Assembly (NCBI GenBank): GCA_013239625.1 | Contig: MU053493.1 | Location: 2,055,793 to 2,119,792, forward strand | DNA from: Lama guanicoe | Taxonomy: Eukaryota | Length of the DNA stretch: 64,000 nt | Direction: 5' to 3' | The notes under the pieces: model-generated | What the model was told of the DNA's origin: nothing | The model's input: the letters and a program-made list of their open reading frames with translations, nothing else | Database searches by the model: none | Made by a program: the position numbers and the translations under genes | Part shown: positions 12,501 to 26,053 of the stretch, piece by piece | How the letters are laid out: each line of letters starts with the position of its first letter | Numbering within the stretch: the stretch's first letter is position 1

Positions 12501-13367
12501 ACCAAACTGCTTCTGCTCCCAGGACAAGCTGAGACCTTTGGACTCTGTATTGCGATGTCCCCTCCCTGGACCGCCCCCCAAAACAATCCCTTTTGGAATC
12601 ACATTCCTTCAGGCCCAGCTCGGCTGCCTCCTCTGTTACGTAAACTTTCCTGATCTCCACGGAGAGAGGTAAAACCTCTGTCTTCTCTCCTCCCAGACTC
12701 AGGGCTGCCACCCTGAGTGCCCCCGAGCCAGGGAAAACTCCTGGGTAGCCGGGGAACGGAAGGCCGGGCTGGGCAGCACGGGCCCCGGGCCTTGGGCCAG
12801 TGACTTGTACTCTGTGTCTCACTTCACTGGAACTCTTTATGCAAATCTGCTCAGAGAAAATGGGAACTAGAGCTTTGGTTACACAGAGACTGATGACGGC
12901 AGACCAGGCAGTGGGTGGTCAGCCCTCTCAGCCACTTGCTGGGGTCTGTGTGTGAGGTGACCTGCCCTCGCCCAGCCTGACACTGGGGCAGGGGGTCACA
13001 AGGCTGGGCTTGACCAGCTCTCCTCCGGCAGGTGTGGGTTCAGGAGGCCAGCATGCTACAGGTCCCCATCAGGCTTGCTCTTCTGAGTCCTCCCAAACTC
13101 TTTGCAATTTAAATTTCCACCTTTCAGCTGGCAGATTTTTTTTTTGTCCCTACATAGCTTTCATTACCATATTTTACTCTGTCAAGGAAGCATGACGGCT
13201 GTGACTGATCAATGTTTCCGAATTCCACTTTCCACATAATTAAGGGGCACTAGAACACAAGCACGTTGCTGATGAAGGCAAAGAGCTGCTACGGTTTCTG
13301 ACTGTAATTGCACTTTGTAACATGCATCATGGGGTCGATGGGGAATATGCATTGAAAAAATTCCCTT

Positions 13368-13464
13368 GGGGAGCTGGGGTAACAGCTCAGTGGTAGAGCA
13401 CATACTTAGCACGCACGAGGTCCTGGGTTCAATCCCCAGTGCCTCCATAAAAAAATCAAAAAAC
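13368..13464 (+). mobile_element. tRNA-Ala-derived SINE (vic-1-like), TSD aaattccctt
   Basis: agctcagtggtagagc...ggtcctgggttcaatccccagt head, A-rich tail, direct repeats at 13358-13367 and 13465-13474. Confidence 0.9.
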
Positions 13465-14033
13465 AAATTCCCTTAAAACGCCAACAAATCTTTGGGGAAT
13501 CTAGGGTTTTCCTTTTTTTTTTTTTAAATCATATGTGTGTGTGTGTGCAAAACATTTAAGGAAAAAGATATCTAATTCCAGAAGACAGAGCTCTTATTAT
13601 ATAAATCATACAATTAAGCTTTTAAACCTTTCCTGAATTTTTAGGGAAAAAAATAGCATCTTCTTTTTATTTATATCGTCAGATATTTCACCTTGATTTT
13701 GCTCTTCATTTCATCATATTCTATTTATTAATTTAGCTGTTGCCTCTGTAACAGATGCTCAGATCATTTGTGGAGTAATAAATCCAACAGAGGCACAAGC
13801 TTTTAATTTTTCATCATGTGAGTGCCACTGCGAGAGAGAAGGTCGGGGGGTGAGGCTGGTCTTCAGTGTGAAGGCACCAGCTGAAGCATCCCTGCCAGGG
13901 AGGTGACTGTCCTGAGAACACCCAGCCAGGATCACAAGCCCTCTGTGCAGGTCACATCTCCATAGGACATAGTAACAATTTCAACAGTCTTGGGAATTTA
14001 TACAAGACCCTTCTGTTCAAATGACACTTACAA

Positions 14034-14135
14034 GGGGGGAGGGTATAGCTCAGTGGTAGAGAGCGTGCTTAGCATGCACGAGGTCCTGGGTTCAATCCCC
14101 AGTACTTCCATTAAAAAAATAATGACTAAATAAAC
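14034..14135 (+). mobile_element. tRNA-Ala-derived SINE (vic-1-like)
   Basis: Near-intact tRNA-Ala(AGC) head, A-rich tail, imperfect TSD caaatgacacttacaa / caaatgacaccttcaa. Confidence 0.9.
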
Positions 14136-17100
14136 CAAATGACACCTTCAAGGACGGCATAAGTTGGTAAATTATGAATGTTTGCGGCAGCCTCCCTGTC
14201 GGGCAGGAAAACAAGATTGCTGTTCTGAGGCGCCTTCATCTTCAGCCCCGACTTTGTTAATTACGTAGACTTGCGGTTTTCAGACCAGACTCTGCAATTT
14301 CATTAGTCAGCAGTGTAATCAAAGCAGAGCTCTACTTGGCTGGCAGAAACGAGACAGGGCTGAAAACAATTGTGGTGGTTAACGGGAAAATGAGGCACAT
14401 TTAGCGTTTTTCTTCTGGAGGGACCCGAGTGGGACTCTTTGCGGCAGCAGGGTCTGGAATAACAGAAACATTGGAAGGAACCTAAATGATGCTCTGTGGG
14501 CAAATTAACTTGGCAAAGAGTGTTTTTAAAAATGAAACGGACTCTCCTGCGTGGCGTCTCAGACTGTTAACCTTCTGGTGCCTGCTGCCACCCCACGGGA
14601 AGGGGCATCCCGCCCCCCACCTCCCTTCCTTCACTTATTCCTGCTCTTCAAAATAACATCCATCACATCTTCCACAGTTAACGCTCAGAAGAACCCACAG
14701 GGAGAAGCCAGGGGGGCAGAAGTTCAGCAGTGGGGGGCTGCTTCCCCTCCGTGCCCCCAGCTTTGGAGGGGCAGCAGCACCCCGCACCGGCTCCGTCAGG
14801 CGCAGCCCCATTTGGAATTATTGTGTCTATTTCTTGACACCAATGCCTGCCAACTAGCATCTGTCCATTCCGAGAACATAACAAAACTATCAACCTAAAG
14901 AGGAGAACATTGTCACTAGTTTTAATCGTTTTCTGGTCTCTAATCCAACGTAATAGTATGTGACCTTCAGAGTCAGACACGAGGAAACACTGCTCCTGGG
15001 CTGTTGTGTTTCTAGGCAGAACTGCCTCTCTCCAGTTACTCCTTGTGAGCAGCCCCTGTGCCCTACTCATCTCGGGCCTTAGCACACCTTTCCAGTCTTC
15101 TGATCCCACAATACCTGGCCTGACCTGTTGGTTCTTTCCTAAATCAAAGTAGAAACGGAGACTAAGTAATTAACAGATGGCCAGACCTCTTCCCAGCTTC
15201 CCCTTCAGTCCTCTCGTGAACCAACTGTGTGAACAATACAGCACCTAAGGAAAGATCACGAGAAGTCGAGAGGCCTGCACGCAGTGGAAGGGGGGTGACG
15301 ACTCTGACCCCCATCTCAGTGTCACTTAAGATTACATCTTTTCCCTTTAAAACTTTCATGGCTGAGCAGAATCTTGGGAGATGGTCTTTGGCGGGGGACA
15401 CGGAGTCCACCATCTCCCCAGATTATTTCCTTTCTATCAGCATCGCCTCTCTCCAGTATTGATCTGTGAGCAGCAAGCAGCCAGACCCGAGTTCTGTAAC
15501 ACTGCTACAACACCACCCCTTCATGACTCCGGACCTGGTCATCATTTCAGTGATGTGGACATACCAAATAAAGTGGGGTTGGGGGGTTCAGGTAAGAACC
15601 AAGGGAGGGAGGACATGGGCAGGGCAAATGAACAATGCTTTTTTATTTTATTTTATTTTAATCTTGTGGCGGGGGTGGGGGAGGTGGGGCTCACACAATA
15701 TTTGAGGGTAAAATTGGGGAATGCCTTGTAAAAATCCCAGTTCCTGGCTTTTTTTTGAGAAGTCCCCAGTTCCAGGCCGCTGGGTTGGCGGCGGGAGCTG
15801 CTCCCTCGACCAGGCTGCTGGGTTCCAGGTGGGGTGAGTGTGCGTCTGGCCACGCCCTTGGCAGCCTGTGGGTCGTGTTTTCTCCTTTTCAGGGAGTGAG
15901 GTGCCCTCCCACCTGCTCTCCATCTTCTACGATGTGGACGCCTGGCCTGGCATCTCCATGCCCACACCCTCACCCTCCATCCTTGGGAGTTTGTCCCTTT
16001 GGCAGCTGGCCTGCAGCGGGCTCTGGGGGATGCAGACGCGGGTGCAAAGGCAGGTGGACCACGTGTGACAGGTGCTACAGTCAGGTGAGGCGCTAACACC
16101 CTCAAGAACCTGCCAGTTTCAATCTCCAGTATTCCTTCCAGAGACCACAACTGGAGCACGTACTAGATGCCTGTTGAATACGACACTGGTCCAGCAGGCC
16201 TGGCTGCAGCAGGGGGGGCCAGGGTGAGGGGACAGAGGGTCACCTGCAAGGCTGGCCCTGGAGCACCGGGATTCCAGGTCTCTCCCCAGCCTGTGCCTCA
16301 TCCCTGCACACCTTGGACGTCCCAGCTGGATGCAGACAGGTGCTCTGCAGACGGCACAGCTGAGCACCAAGGAGGGGGTAAGAGGGTTGAGTCTGCCACC
16401 TGGCCACTCCTCACTCTCTCCCTGCTCTGGCCCCAGGCCCCAGCTCAGGAGGCCGAAGAGACAAAAGCCTACACATGTTGGTACCTGGGGGTCTCCCAAG
16501 GAGTGCTGGGTACACATCAGGGCCCACATTGCTGGCACAGTGGGTAACCTCCAAGTTCTTGCTCCATTTCTGTGAGTGATTGTGGGAGGTGGGGCAGTGA
16601 TCAATTCCACCCCCCTCCCCACCCCGGCCTTTACCCAGATCTCCGTCCAGGGATGAGGAAACATCACCCAGCAGGTGGCTGGAGACTGGGGAGACGTGAC
16701 AAGGTCGCCTAGTGCCTGGGCGTGAAGTGCAGCCACGACCAGAGGACAGTCCAGTGGTCTCACTCGGAGGCAGAGGTCAAGTCCAGCAGGGAAAAAGCAC
16801 AGGGTCTGAGGACTTCAAAGTCCACGGAACCCAGAGGGACACACAGCCAGAAGGAAGCTGCCAGCTCTGAGCACCACATGCCCTCTGGCTTCAGAGATGG
16901 GGCCTCCTTCAGGCTCCTTAAACGCCAACTGGCACATCACTGGGGCACAGCCCCTGTGTCACCTGCTCAGAAAAGCCGCCTCATCACACCTTCCTGCTCT
17001 GTCCCTGTAGCACTGTTACCTGTCACTGAAACTGCCACCTTTGTTTGCTTGTCAGTCAGGCACCGAGAGCGGTGCACAGGGATCTCTGCTCCTTGTTACT

Positions 17101-20100
17101 GTGACGTTCCCGGCACCCAGAACATCCCAGACTCGAGGCTCGGCCTCTGCAAAACTGTATCACCCCACGGATGAAAGGAGTGGACACAGGACAGACAGAT
17201 ATCTGCATGCAACCACCACCAGTGGACTTTCAACATATCCATTTTTATTCTGCTGAGAAAGTCTTTCTTGACTAGGAAACTTTGGGGTTTGGAGTCAACT
17301 TTCAAACTGCTGAGTTAGCCATGAAATCTGTTCACTGATGCTACTGGCAAATTCACATGAAGATGAATTAAAAACAGAACTATGTTATTACAAAGGCACA
17401 ATTCTATGTAATCTACAAAGAATAGTCAAATATTAAATTTCCCGTGAGACCAAGAGAGGCCAAGACTAGTCTTGACCCATGATGGGTAGAATAAAATCTG
17501 ATCCCTTCAGCAAGATTGGAAACCTCGAAGGAGATGGTGGTGGAGGGAGAGCTTAAGTGGGGCTGTGTACTTTGAGCCAAGTTTCCGTTCATCTTTAAAG
17601 CCAGGCATTTCCAAAAGCCCCTGCCTAAGGCCATGTCCTCTCATAATTTATTATTCATCACTATGAAACTAAACCAGGGTTGCCCTGGTTACTGTGGGGC
17701 TCCTTGGAGGGCTGTGGCTTCATAATTGGTGTTGGCTTGGTTACTGGATGCCTTCAATTTTGAGATTAGAGTGCTGGTAATAAATGCAGTGACAGGCCTC
17801 AAGAAAAATTTCTAACAGGCTTTGGGAAGTACAAGACAGTCATCAAATCAAGGCCCTCCCCCACAACGTGGCACCGAGGATCTCAACCTGTGGTCCTGAT
17901 AAACCCAGCAATAAAAAATAAAATAACTGGCTCATGCAAAGAATAGATGACTTTCTAAAACCAATAACCGAATCATGAAGCTATTTGTTAGATGATTTTG
18001 GCTAACTGAACTGGGATGTCACACACAGAATGTTTAGTCTGCTGTAAAGACCTGCTCAGACCAGCATCCAGCACGTGTTTCCTGAGCCCCTGCCACGGCC
18101 GAGTTCTGGATCCGAGAAGAGGAAGAGCCCTGGGGACAGTAGCTTGGAAGACCGGCAAGGGGGAAGATGAAGTGGACGTGGCCAAAGAACAGAGTTTCCA
18201 GAAAGAAAGAGAGTCATGCCTTGAGGGCAGTCAGAACTCAGCCTGGGTCCCTTCTCAGAGGTCCAGCACCTCACACTCTGACAGCAGACTGAGAACGAGG
18301 GAGAAGGGATGCTAGGATGCAGATGCTGGAAATGCATTTATGAGCATCTGTGGATTGGTGCCCTGTGTCTGGAGCCTGGTCTTTAAGCTGCTAGGAATTA
18401 ACACAGGGCAGCTGCCAGGCAGTGAAAATGACAAAGGGCATATTTAGGGCAAGAGGGTCTAAGATGTTGCCCCTACACCTACACTCATAAGGACCTGAGG
18501 GACATGAGGGTCCCCCACATCATCTGTGCCCCAAATGGTCCTTAGAAGAGCTAGGAGAACCCCAAACCACTAGATCTGGAGATGACACCCTGGAAAGGAA
18601 CCCAGATGTCAGGAGCTGATGCCCGCAAAGGCTCGCCTGGGGAGGTGGGGGGCCAGGGCCTTTACTGGTATAGGCCAAAAGGGCTCGGAGGACAGCACAG
18701 AGCAAGCGCCACCCCACCCACCCCTACTGCTCTGACACTAAACTGGCCCCCAGACCCAGATGCCAGCAGGGGCAGAAAAGGAGAAGATGGACGGGGAAGA
18801 TCCGCTGATGGGCTGAATCCCTTCTGGAAAGAGAGTTAATCTTGCAGAGACTGTTCTAAACTGATAGAAGACTAAATCACTGTGCAGTGAGGAGTCAAAT
18901 TTATTTTTCCTAAACAAGTGGCCGCATGCCAAGTCAAGGTTAGTTATAAAAAATGAAGAATGCATTTCTGCAGTTCTGAGGCATAATGTAAAAATTAAAA
19001 CACATTACATAAAATGTAAGAGTCAATAGGATTTAAACCAAACACCTCTTATAAGCAAGAAAATACATAGGCTAAACTTACCAATTAAAAGAAAAAAGAA
19101 AACTTTAAAATATTAAGCTAAGTGAAATCAGCCAGACACAAAAAGACAAATATTGTATGATTTCACTCATATGAGGTCCCTAGAATGGACAAATTCATTT
19201 ATCTCCTGTTCTCCTGGGTTCTGTTAAAAGCCCTTTGTGAATTCCTTTATGAAAAGGGGCTGCACTCTGGCTCCACCTACCAGAAGTCACACATCATACT
19301 TGGGGGGCACACGGGACAGAGGTCCAGATCAAGCTCTTCAATCAGAAATACAAACAGACAAGAAAGGAGGAGGTGGTGACCTGCTTTCCATCAAAACACC
19401 TGCCCCGGTGGCAGGCAGAGAGTGAGAGAGATTTTCAGTTTTATTCCAATTTATATACTGCCTGAGTCTTTTAATATGAGAACCTAGTAATCTTTTATTT
19501 CGTATTAAAAAAAAGGAAACAAAGGAAAAACAGTGCCTTTTAAGAAATATACTCATCAACACAACGGTTATTATATTATAGTGACCTACATTTGAAAAGG
19601 ATTGTTATGCTTTCATTTAAAAACTGTAAAAAAATGTGTGAAAGTAAATGAAAAACTTTTGCAGAATGAAGCAGGCCATAACTGAAACAAAATTTTAAAA
19701 CACATTTCAGGCGCTGTACATTTCATTGTAAAAGCAGCCTCAAATTAAACAAAATACGATGAGGCATTTTAAAAAGCATTTGAAAACCAATAATGCTTTT
19801 TAATTTAATGTTTACTTAAAATCCCCAAAATGATTTTTACCTTCCTCGGGCCCTTAGGAAAGCACAGCTGGGACCCACGGGCTGGCTCACTCACAGGGAC
19901 CCTGGGGAGGAGCGGCACCGCCCGGGACACGGCCTTGTGCTGCTCTGCCAAGTTGCAGAAGGTGCGAACGCTAGTACTCGGAGGACAACTGACACGGCGC
20001 CCGGGGACCAGCGGCGGCTGGGAGCCTCTCCCATGGGTGAGGAGGGGCCCTTCTGGATGAACCACCTACTCCGGAATCCGGAGGATGGGAAGAAACCACC

Positions 20101-21681
20101 TGCAGGCCTAGGGGCAGCATGGGAAATGGGGGTGGGCTGAGGGGGACCAAGAGCAGCATGGGTAGTGGGGGCAGGGTGGAGGGGGAGGCCCAGGGGCAGC
20201 ATGGGAAGCTGGGGTGCAGGGAGTGGTGGGGGTAGGGGCTGTACCACAGGAAGCCAGAGGGAGGGATGGGAGAATCCCTTGGAGAGTAAGCTGGGAGGGA
20301 CAGGTGGAGGGATGCCCCACCTGGTGGGTGAAGAAGTCTGGGAGGCAGAGAGGAAGAAGGGAAGACAGGAGGAGGGTGAGGGAGCCCGGACACGGGGGAA
20401 GGCTGGTGAAGCAGGAGGGGCCTGAACAAAGCAGGGAAGACAGCGCATATTCCACGTGAGATGGAAGCACATGACTGAATTTACATTTTAAGACGTTCTC
20501 TGTCTGCGTGGACACGTTCACAGACACAAATGCATGAATGAATTTTGAACCCAACAAATTGAAAGTATGTATATATGTATTTTTACACAAGCCCATAAAA
20601 ACACATCCAAAACCTATTTCTGTATTGAGTAATTTACATTTTTTTATACATTGTAAAAAGTAGAAATTAGAGGCCACATGCTCTCATGCAATGAAATTAG
20701 AAATTAATAGTAAAGGATAGAAAAAAAAAGAAGCCCCAAATCTAGCCACCTGGAAAATTAAGAACATCAATTTAACACTGAAAGAGGAAAGCAAAAAGGC
20801 AATGGCAGACTATTTAGAAATAACTCAATGAGAGCACTATATCAGTAGTACCCACAGGAAAACCTATGCAGTAGTGCTACTGACACCCAACTATACAAAG
20901 TAGAAAATGAGCAAAATATTCCTTGAGAAAGTGGACAGGATTAAGAAAGCACAGTGAAACAGCTTTAAAAAAGTAATCTTGATTAATAAAACTAACAGCT
21001 GGTTAGTAAAGAACAGATTACTTTAAATCAATGGAGAGAAAACAAAATTTAACATTAGAAATAAGAGAAGATTTAGCAATCAATGAAAAGGCTTTAAAAA
21101 TTATATCAGCTTTATTGAGCTATAATTCACCAATTTAAAGTGTACAATTAATTGGTGTTTAGTACCTTGACAGTGTTAAACACCTAATCAATTTCAGGAT
21201 ATTTCCATCACCCCAATATATTTCCCCAAAGAAAAAAATTTAAAAGCAGCCAAATCAACTCCCTGAGATGCCACAAATCCAGATAATTCCTATTTATTTG
21301 AGTTGTTTCAGAGCACAGATCAAGCCAAACGCTTTCAAGTTCTTCCAAGTTCATTCTGTACAGTAAGCATAACCAATATGAAAACTGCAGAAGGACAGCC
21401 CCAAAAGGTAAACCATCAGCCAATCTCACTTATGAATTTCGACACAAAACTCTTCAATAAAATACAAGCAATTCAAATGCAGCATAATATGTCTGCCCTC
21501 AATGCCAGGACCGAGGAGGGCCTATTTCTGTTACGCAAAGGTGGTTTACCAGTAGGAAATCTATTCCTGCAACTCACACTATTAATGAACTCAAGAGGAA
21601 AGCTGTATGACTGTCTTCACAGAGGTTGAAAAGAACGATAAAACTTGCATTTTACATGCATTCTTGAATTCTAAAAAATCT

Positions 21682-21842
21682 GGGGGTAGAATATAGCTCA
21701 GGATGTAGAGCACATGCTTAGCATGCACAAGGTCCTGGGTTCAATCCCCAGTACCTCCTTTAAAAATAAATAAACCTAATTACTGTCTCCTATCACCACA
21801 ATAAAATAATACAATAATAAATAAATTAAATATTTTTTTTAA
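21682..21842 (+). mobile_element. tRNA-Ala-derived SINE (vic-1-like)
   Basis: Same head, followed by the aaacctaattac body and an AT-rich tail. Confidence 0.88.
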
Positions 21843-22454
21843 ATCTTAGAGATCCAGGCTAGAAGGTGCCATAAGTTAATAAGGGCCCTTCTGAGAAGCT
21901 AACAGTGCACTAAATGGTGACCCATCCAGTCAATCCTCTTTGCTCTCAATCTTACAGAAGTCAGGAATAAAGCATGGGTGTAAAAAAAAAAAAAGGACTG
22001 TTTTTAATCACTCTTTTCCTGTGCAAATCCTCAACATGAATAAAGGGAATGTGGGGCCTGGGCTGGTCCAGATTTACATGGAAAAATAACCTCAAAGTTC
22101 TGCCCTGTGTCACTGCTTTCTTGGACACCACAGATCAATGTGGAAATGCCTCCCTTGCCCTGCAGAAGTGGGCCTTCATCAGGAGGGCTGTGTGTTGGCA
22201 TGCAGGCCTTGGGCCTCTGGGAAAACAAAGATGTTCTAAAAGTACGTGTTTGAAAATAGGCTTTGGCTTTTCACCCACAGGCACCTCTTCTGTGAAGGCA
22301 GTAGGGCTGCTGGGCCTCCTGGTGACGGGAAGATGTTCTCCCTTCTCCCTGCTCTGTCTTCTGTCGTGTGTCCTGTGACACAAAAGACTAGAAACATCCC
22401 TAACCGATCCTTCATTTAGTCATTTAGTGGTGGTTAAATAAATTATCGTCCATC

Positions 22455-22532
22455 CGTCTGACCGTCCGTCCATCCATCCATCCACCCTACCCTTCCATTT
22501 TTCCATCCATCCATCCACTCACCCATCCATCA
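22455..22532. repeat. (CCAT/CCGT)n tetranucleotide repeat
   Basis: Directly visible. Confidence 0.85.
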
Positions 22533-23212
22533 AAAACTTCTGGAAAGGCGATGCTAGGAGTCTGGAATGGAAAACAGAGTATATGTAATAAAAGTTACTT
22601 AATTTTTAATTATACAGAGGAAAAAGACACAGATATGGAAATGTACAAGATACAGTAAAGAAAAACAAAAACTGTACTGAAGGATTTATAAAAACATTTT
22701 GGGTAAACCAAAGCACACACAATATTCCTAAAAGGGAAAACATGGTGTTGTTAACATGTCTGTTCTCCCCAAAAGTGATTTATAATTTTAATGTGATCCC
22801 AGTTCAGATTTCAAATTGATTCCTTTTAAGTCTCAACAAAAAAATTTCAAAACTCATCTGGAAGACTAAACTTTTAAAAATAGGCAAGAAACATTTTAAG
22901 AAGTAGATTAAAGTCTGGGATGGGAGCGGGGTAGATTGTAAAAATACAGAGTTATAAATATATACAGTTAAGGTAGTTAAGGTGGCATTGATCTGTGTAC
23001 AGCACAGGGAATATAGACAATATTTTATAATCGTTAAGTGGAGTATAATCTATAATAATACTGAATCATTATGTTGTACAATCAAAACTAATATAATCTT
23101 GTAAGTCAACTATACTTCAGTTTTTTATAAAGTGGTATTGTTCTGGAATATGTATAAACAGACATGGGAAGGAGACAGAATGAAAAGTCCAGAAGTAGAC
23201 AAACCGTCATAA

Positions 23213-23253
23213 GTGTGTGTGTGTGTGTGTGTGCGCGCACACACACACACATA
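23213..23253. repeat. (GT)n(GC)3(AC)n compound microsatellite
   Basis: Directly visible; alternating purine-pyrimidine. Confidence 0.95.
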
Positions 23254-24119
23254 ATATGATGATGCTGTTAGAGTAAATAAGGCTCTTTTTTTTTGAGTAT
23301 CCAGCATATGTTCCTGCCTCCCTTCCCTTATCCCTTCCTAATAACACGTTAGTTTGGGGGAGTTATCTCTTGGATTTCATTGGTGGAACAGTTAAGCAGA
23401 TTCTTTCTTGTCCAGGCCAATCAAAATGCTCCCTCCCTGGACTCTGAGTCTAGAGAAAATGGACAAAGAGGTTAAGAGCACTGGGATTGCTGACTCCTGG
23501 AGAACGGCATCCACAGGCACTCAGGATTCCCACTGCAGGCTCCCAGCTGGGGTCAGGCTTCTGCAGCCACAGAAGCCCTTTTGGAACCAGCCAGTTTCCA
23601 GACTCAATCTCTAACCTCTTGGATATTCACTAGGTCCCACCATCTTTCCAATAAATGACCTTTGTCTTTATCAGTTTTTGTGACTTGCCACCAAAGGACT
23701 CAATGTTCAGGTGGCATTTCATATCATCAGGGAAATATTAGGTTACTCAGGAAATAGTTCTGGGAGAGCTAGCTACCCATTTTAGAGGAAAAAAAATCCA
23801 TCAAATAAATTCCAGGATTTTAAAGAGTTAATTATAAAAATAAAAATAAAAGCACACTAGGGGAAATTACCAGGGTAACATTATCTTTGGAAGGAAAAGA
23901 TCTTTTTATTGGTTCCAAAGTAAGACTGCAAAGGAAAACATGAACAGATTTGAAGACACAAAAGTGAGAATTTTTTCTATGTCAAAAAATAAAATTAAAA
24001 GGCAAATAGCAATCCAGGAAATATATTTGACTAATATAAGCCACAGGACTCAAAACCACAATATATAAAGAGCTCTTACAAATCAATAAGATAGTGTTAA
24101 ATCTAAAAATGGGTAAAAA

Positions 24120-24685
24120 GTTGGGGTATATTTATACAATGGAATACCACTCAGTGATAAAAAAAGAAATAATGCCACTTGCAGCAACATGGATGGACTT
24201 GGAGATTGTCATTCTAAGTGAAGTAAGCCAGAAAGAGAAAGAAAAATACCACATGATATCACTTGTATGTGGAATCTTAAAAAAAATAAAAGAAAGAAAG
24301 AAAAAAGAGGACACTAATGAACTCATCTACAAAAGAAATAGACTCACAGACATAGTAAAAAATCTTATGGTTACTAGGGAAAGGGTATGGGAAAGGATAA
24401 ATTTGGGAGTTTGAGATTTGCAAATGTTAGCCACTATATATATAAATAGATAAAAAAACAGATTTCTTCTGTACAGCACAGGGAACTATATTCAATATCT
24501 TGTAATAACTTTTAATGAAAAAGAATTAAAATGAATATGTGTCTGTGTGTATGTATATATACACACACACATATATGCATGACTGGGACATTATGCTGTA
24601 TACCAGAAATTGACACACTGTAATTGACTATACTTCAATAAGAAAAAAGTTGCTTAGTAAAGAAAAAAATAAAAATAAAATAAAT
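24120..24685 (+). mobile_element. Young L1 3' end, TSD taaaaatgggtaaa
   Basis: [43 protein letters not shown] (ORF2 end) plus 3'UTR and A tail. Confidence 0.9.
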
Positions 24686-24760
24686 AAAAATGGGTAAAGA
24701 TCCCAGTCAATTCACAGAAGAAAAAGAAATATAAATGGTGCATCATATATGCTATATGTA

Positions 24761-24892
24761 TTTTTTAACTATTCTATTTTGGCAGGGGGTAGGTAATTAA
24801 GTTTATTCATTTTTGGAGGAGGTACTGGGGATTGAACCCAGGACCTTGTGCATGCTAAGCATGTGCTCTACCACTTGAACTATACCCTCCCC
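24761..24892 (-). mobile_element. tRNA-Ala-derived SINE (vic-1-like), 17-bp TSD catatatgctatatgta
   Basis: Reverse-complement head ggaggtactggggattgaacccaggacc...; perfect direct repeats at 24744-24760 and 24893-24909. Confidence 0.92.
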
Positions 24893-25676
24893 CATATATG
24901 CTATATGTAAACAGAACACACAGTCATAAGAAATAGAGGCATGGCCCTGCTACAGAGAAGCTTCAGGAAGTTGAGTGTCGCCCCTGACCTCTCAGTAGTG
25001 ACAGTCACAGGCTGAGCAAGTGTAGGGACAGCTGTGGGGGGAGTGGCTCTGAAAGGCAACCCCATGTAGTCTCTAAGTTCAAGAAACAGATGTCGCTCCC
25101 ATTCCTAGCCCCAGGGTCATACCAAGGGTCACATACACTTTCACGGGATGGGATGAGGCACACTGATTTCTGCCCCAGCCACATACCTGCATTACCGAAC
25201 CAGGAGCTAAGTCACTATATGGAGTGATGGTTCCATCCAATGAACTGTTTACCGACTCCCCACCACGTACACAGCATCCTGTCCACAACGCTCTTAGACT
25301 GAAAAGATAATCCTCTTTTTTCAATTGAACAATGAGAACTAAATTGTTTTGATGCACTCAACCTTAAGCTGATACATATCTCAGCACTTAAAATCGACTT
25401 ACAAAATGGATTTAAAATTCAGTGGGGAGAAAAATCAATGCCACAAATGCTAAAAAATAATCATTACTAAAGACATTTATTCTGAAACAGCACTACACTC
25501 ATACTATTAGTAACTGATTTACAAGAACACATTTCAATGTGGGAGAATTTTTAGAAATGAATCAACTCAACTTTAATTCCTTAAACAATTATAATACATC
25601 AGAACAAACCCAAGAGTACAATAAAATTACTTTTAAAATTACTTTCATGCAAAATCAAAGCCTATGACCTTTATCA

Positions 25677-25880
<204 letters not shown>

Positions 25881-25892
25881 TTAAAAAGCTTT

Positions 25893-26053
25893 GGAATTTC
25901 TTCTGCATAGCACAGGGAGCTATATTCAATATCTTGTAATAACCTTTAATGAAAAAGAATATGAAAACGAGTATGTAGTGTATTTGCATGACTGGGACAT
26001 TGCACTGCACACCAGAAATTAACACATTATAACTGACTATATTTCAACTTAAA
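25893..26053 (+). mobile_element. Short young L1 3' end, TSD aaaaagcttt
   Basis: gcacagggagctatattcaatatcttgtaataacctttaatgaaaaagaatatg 3'UTR motif. Confidence 0.85.

Larger units (their letters stand above)
20670..24110 (+). mobile_element. Scattered ancient L1 ORF2 remnants interrupted by younger elements
   Basis: Degenerate motifs aatgaaattagaaattaatag, ccaatctcacttatgaat, aaaactcatctggaa and atatataaagagctcttacaaatcaataag. Confidence 0.55.

Noticed and set aside
15653..17174. 100-214 aa ORFs in a GC-rich stretch
   Set aside because: No recognisable domain, no match to remembered ENTREP2 peptide, and ORFs are open on both strands as expected from high GC.
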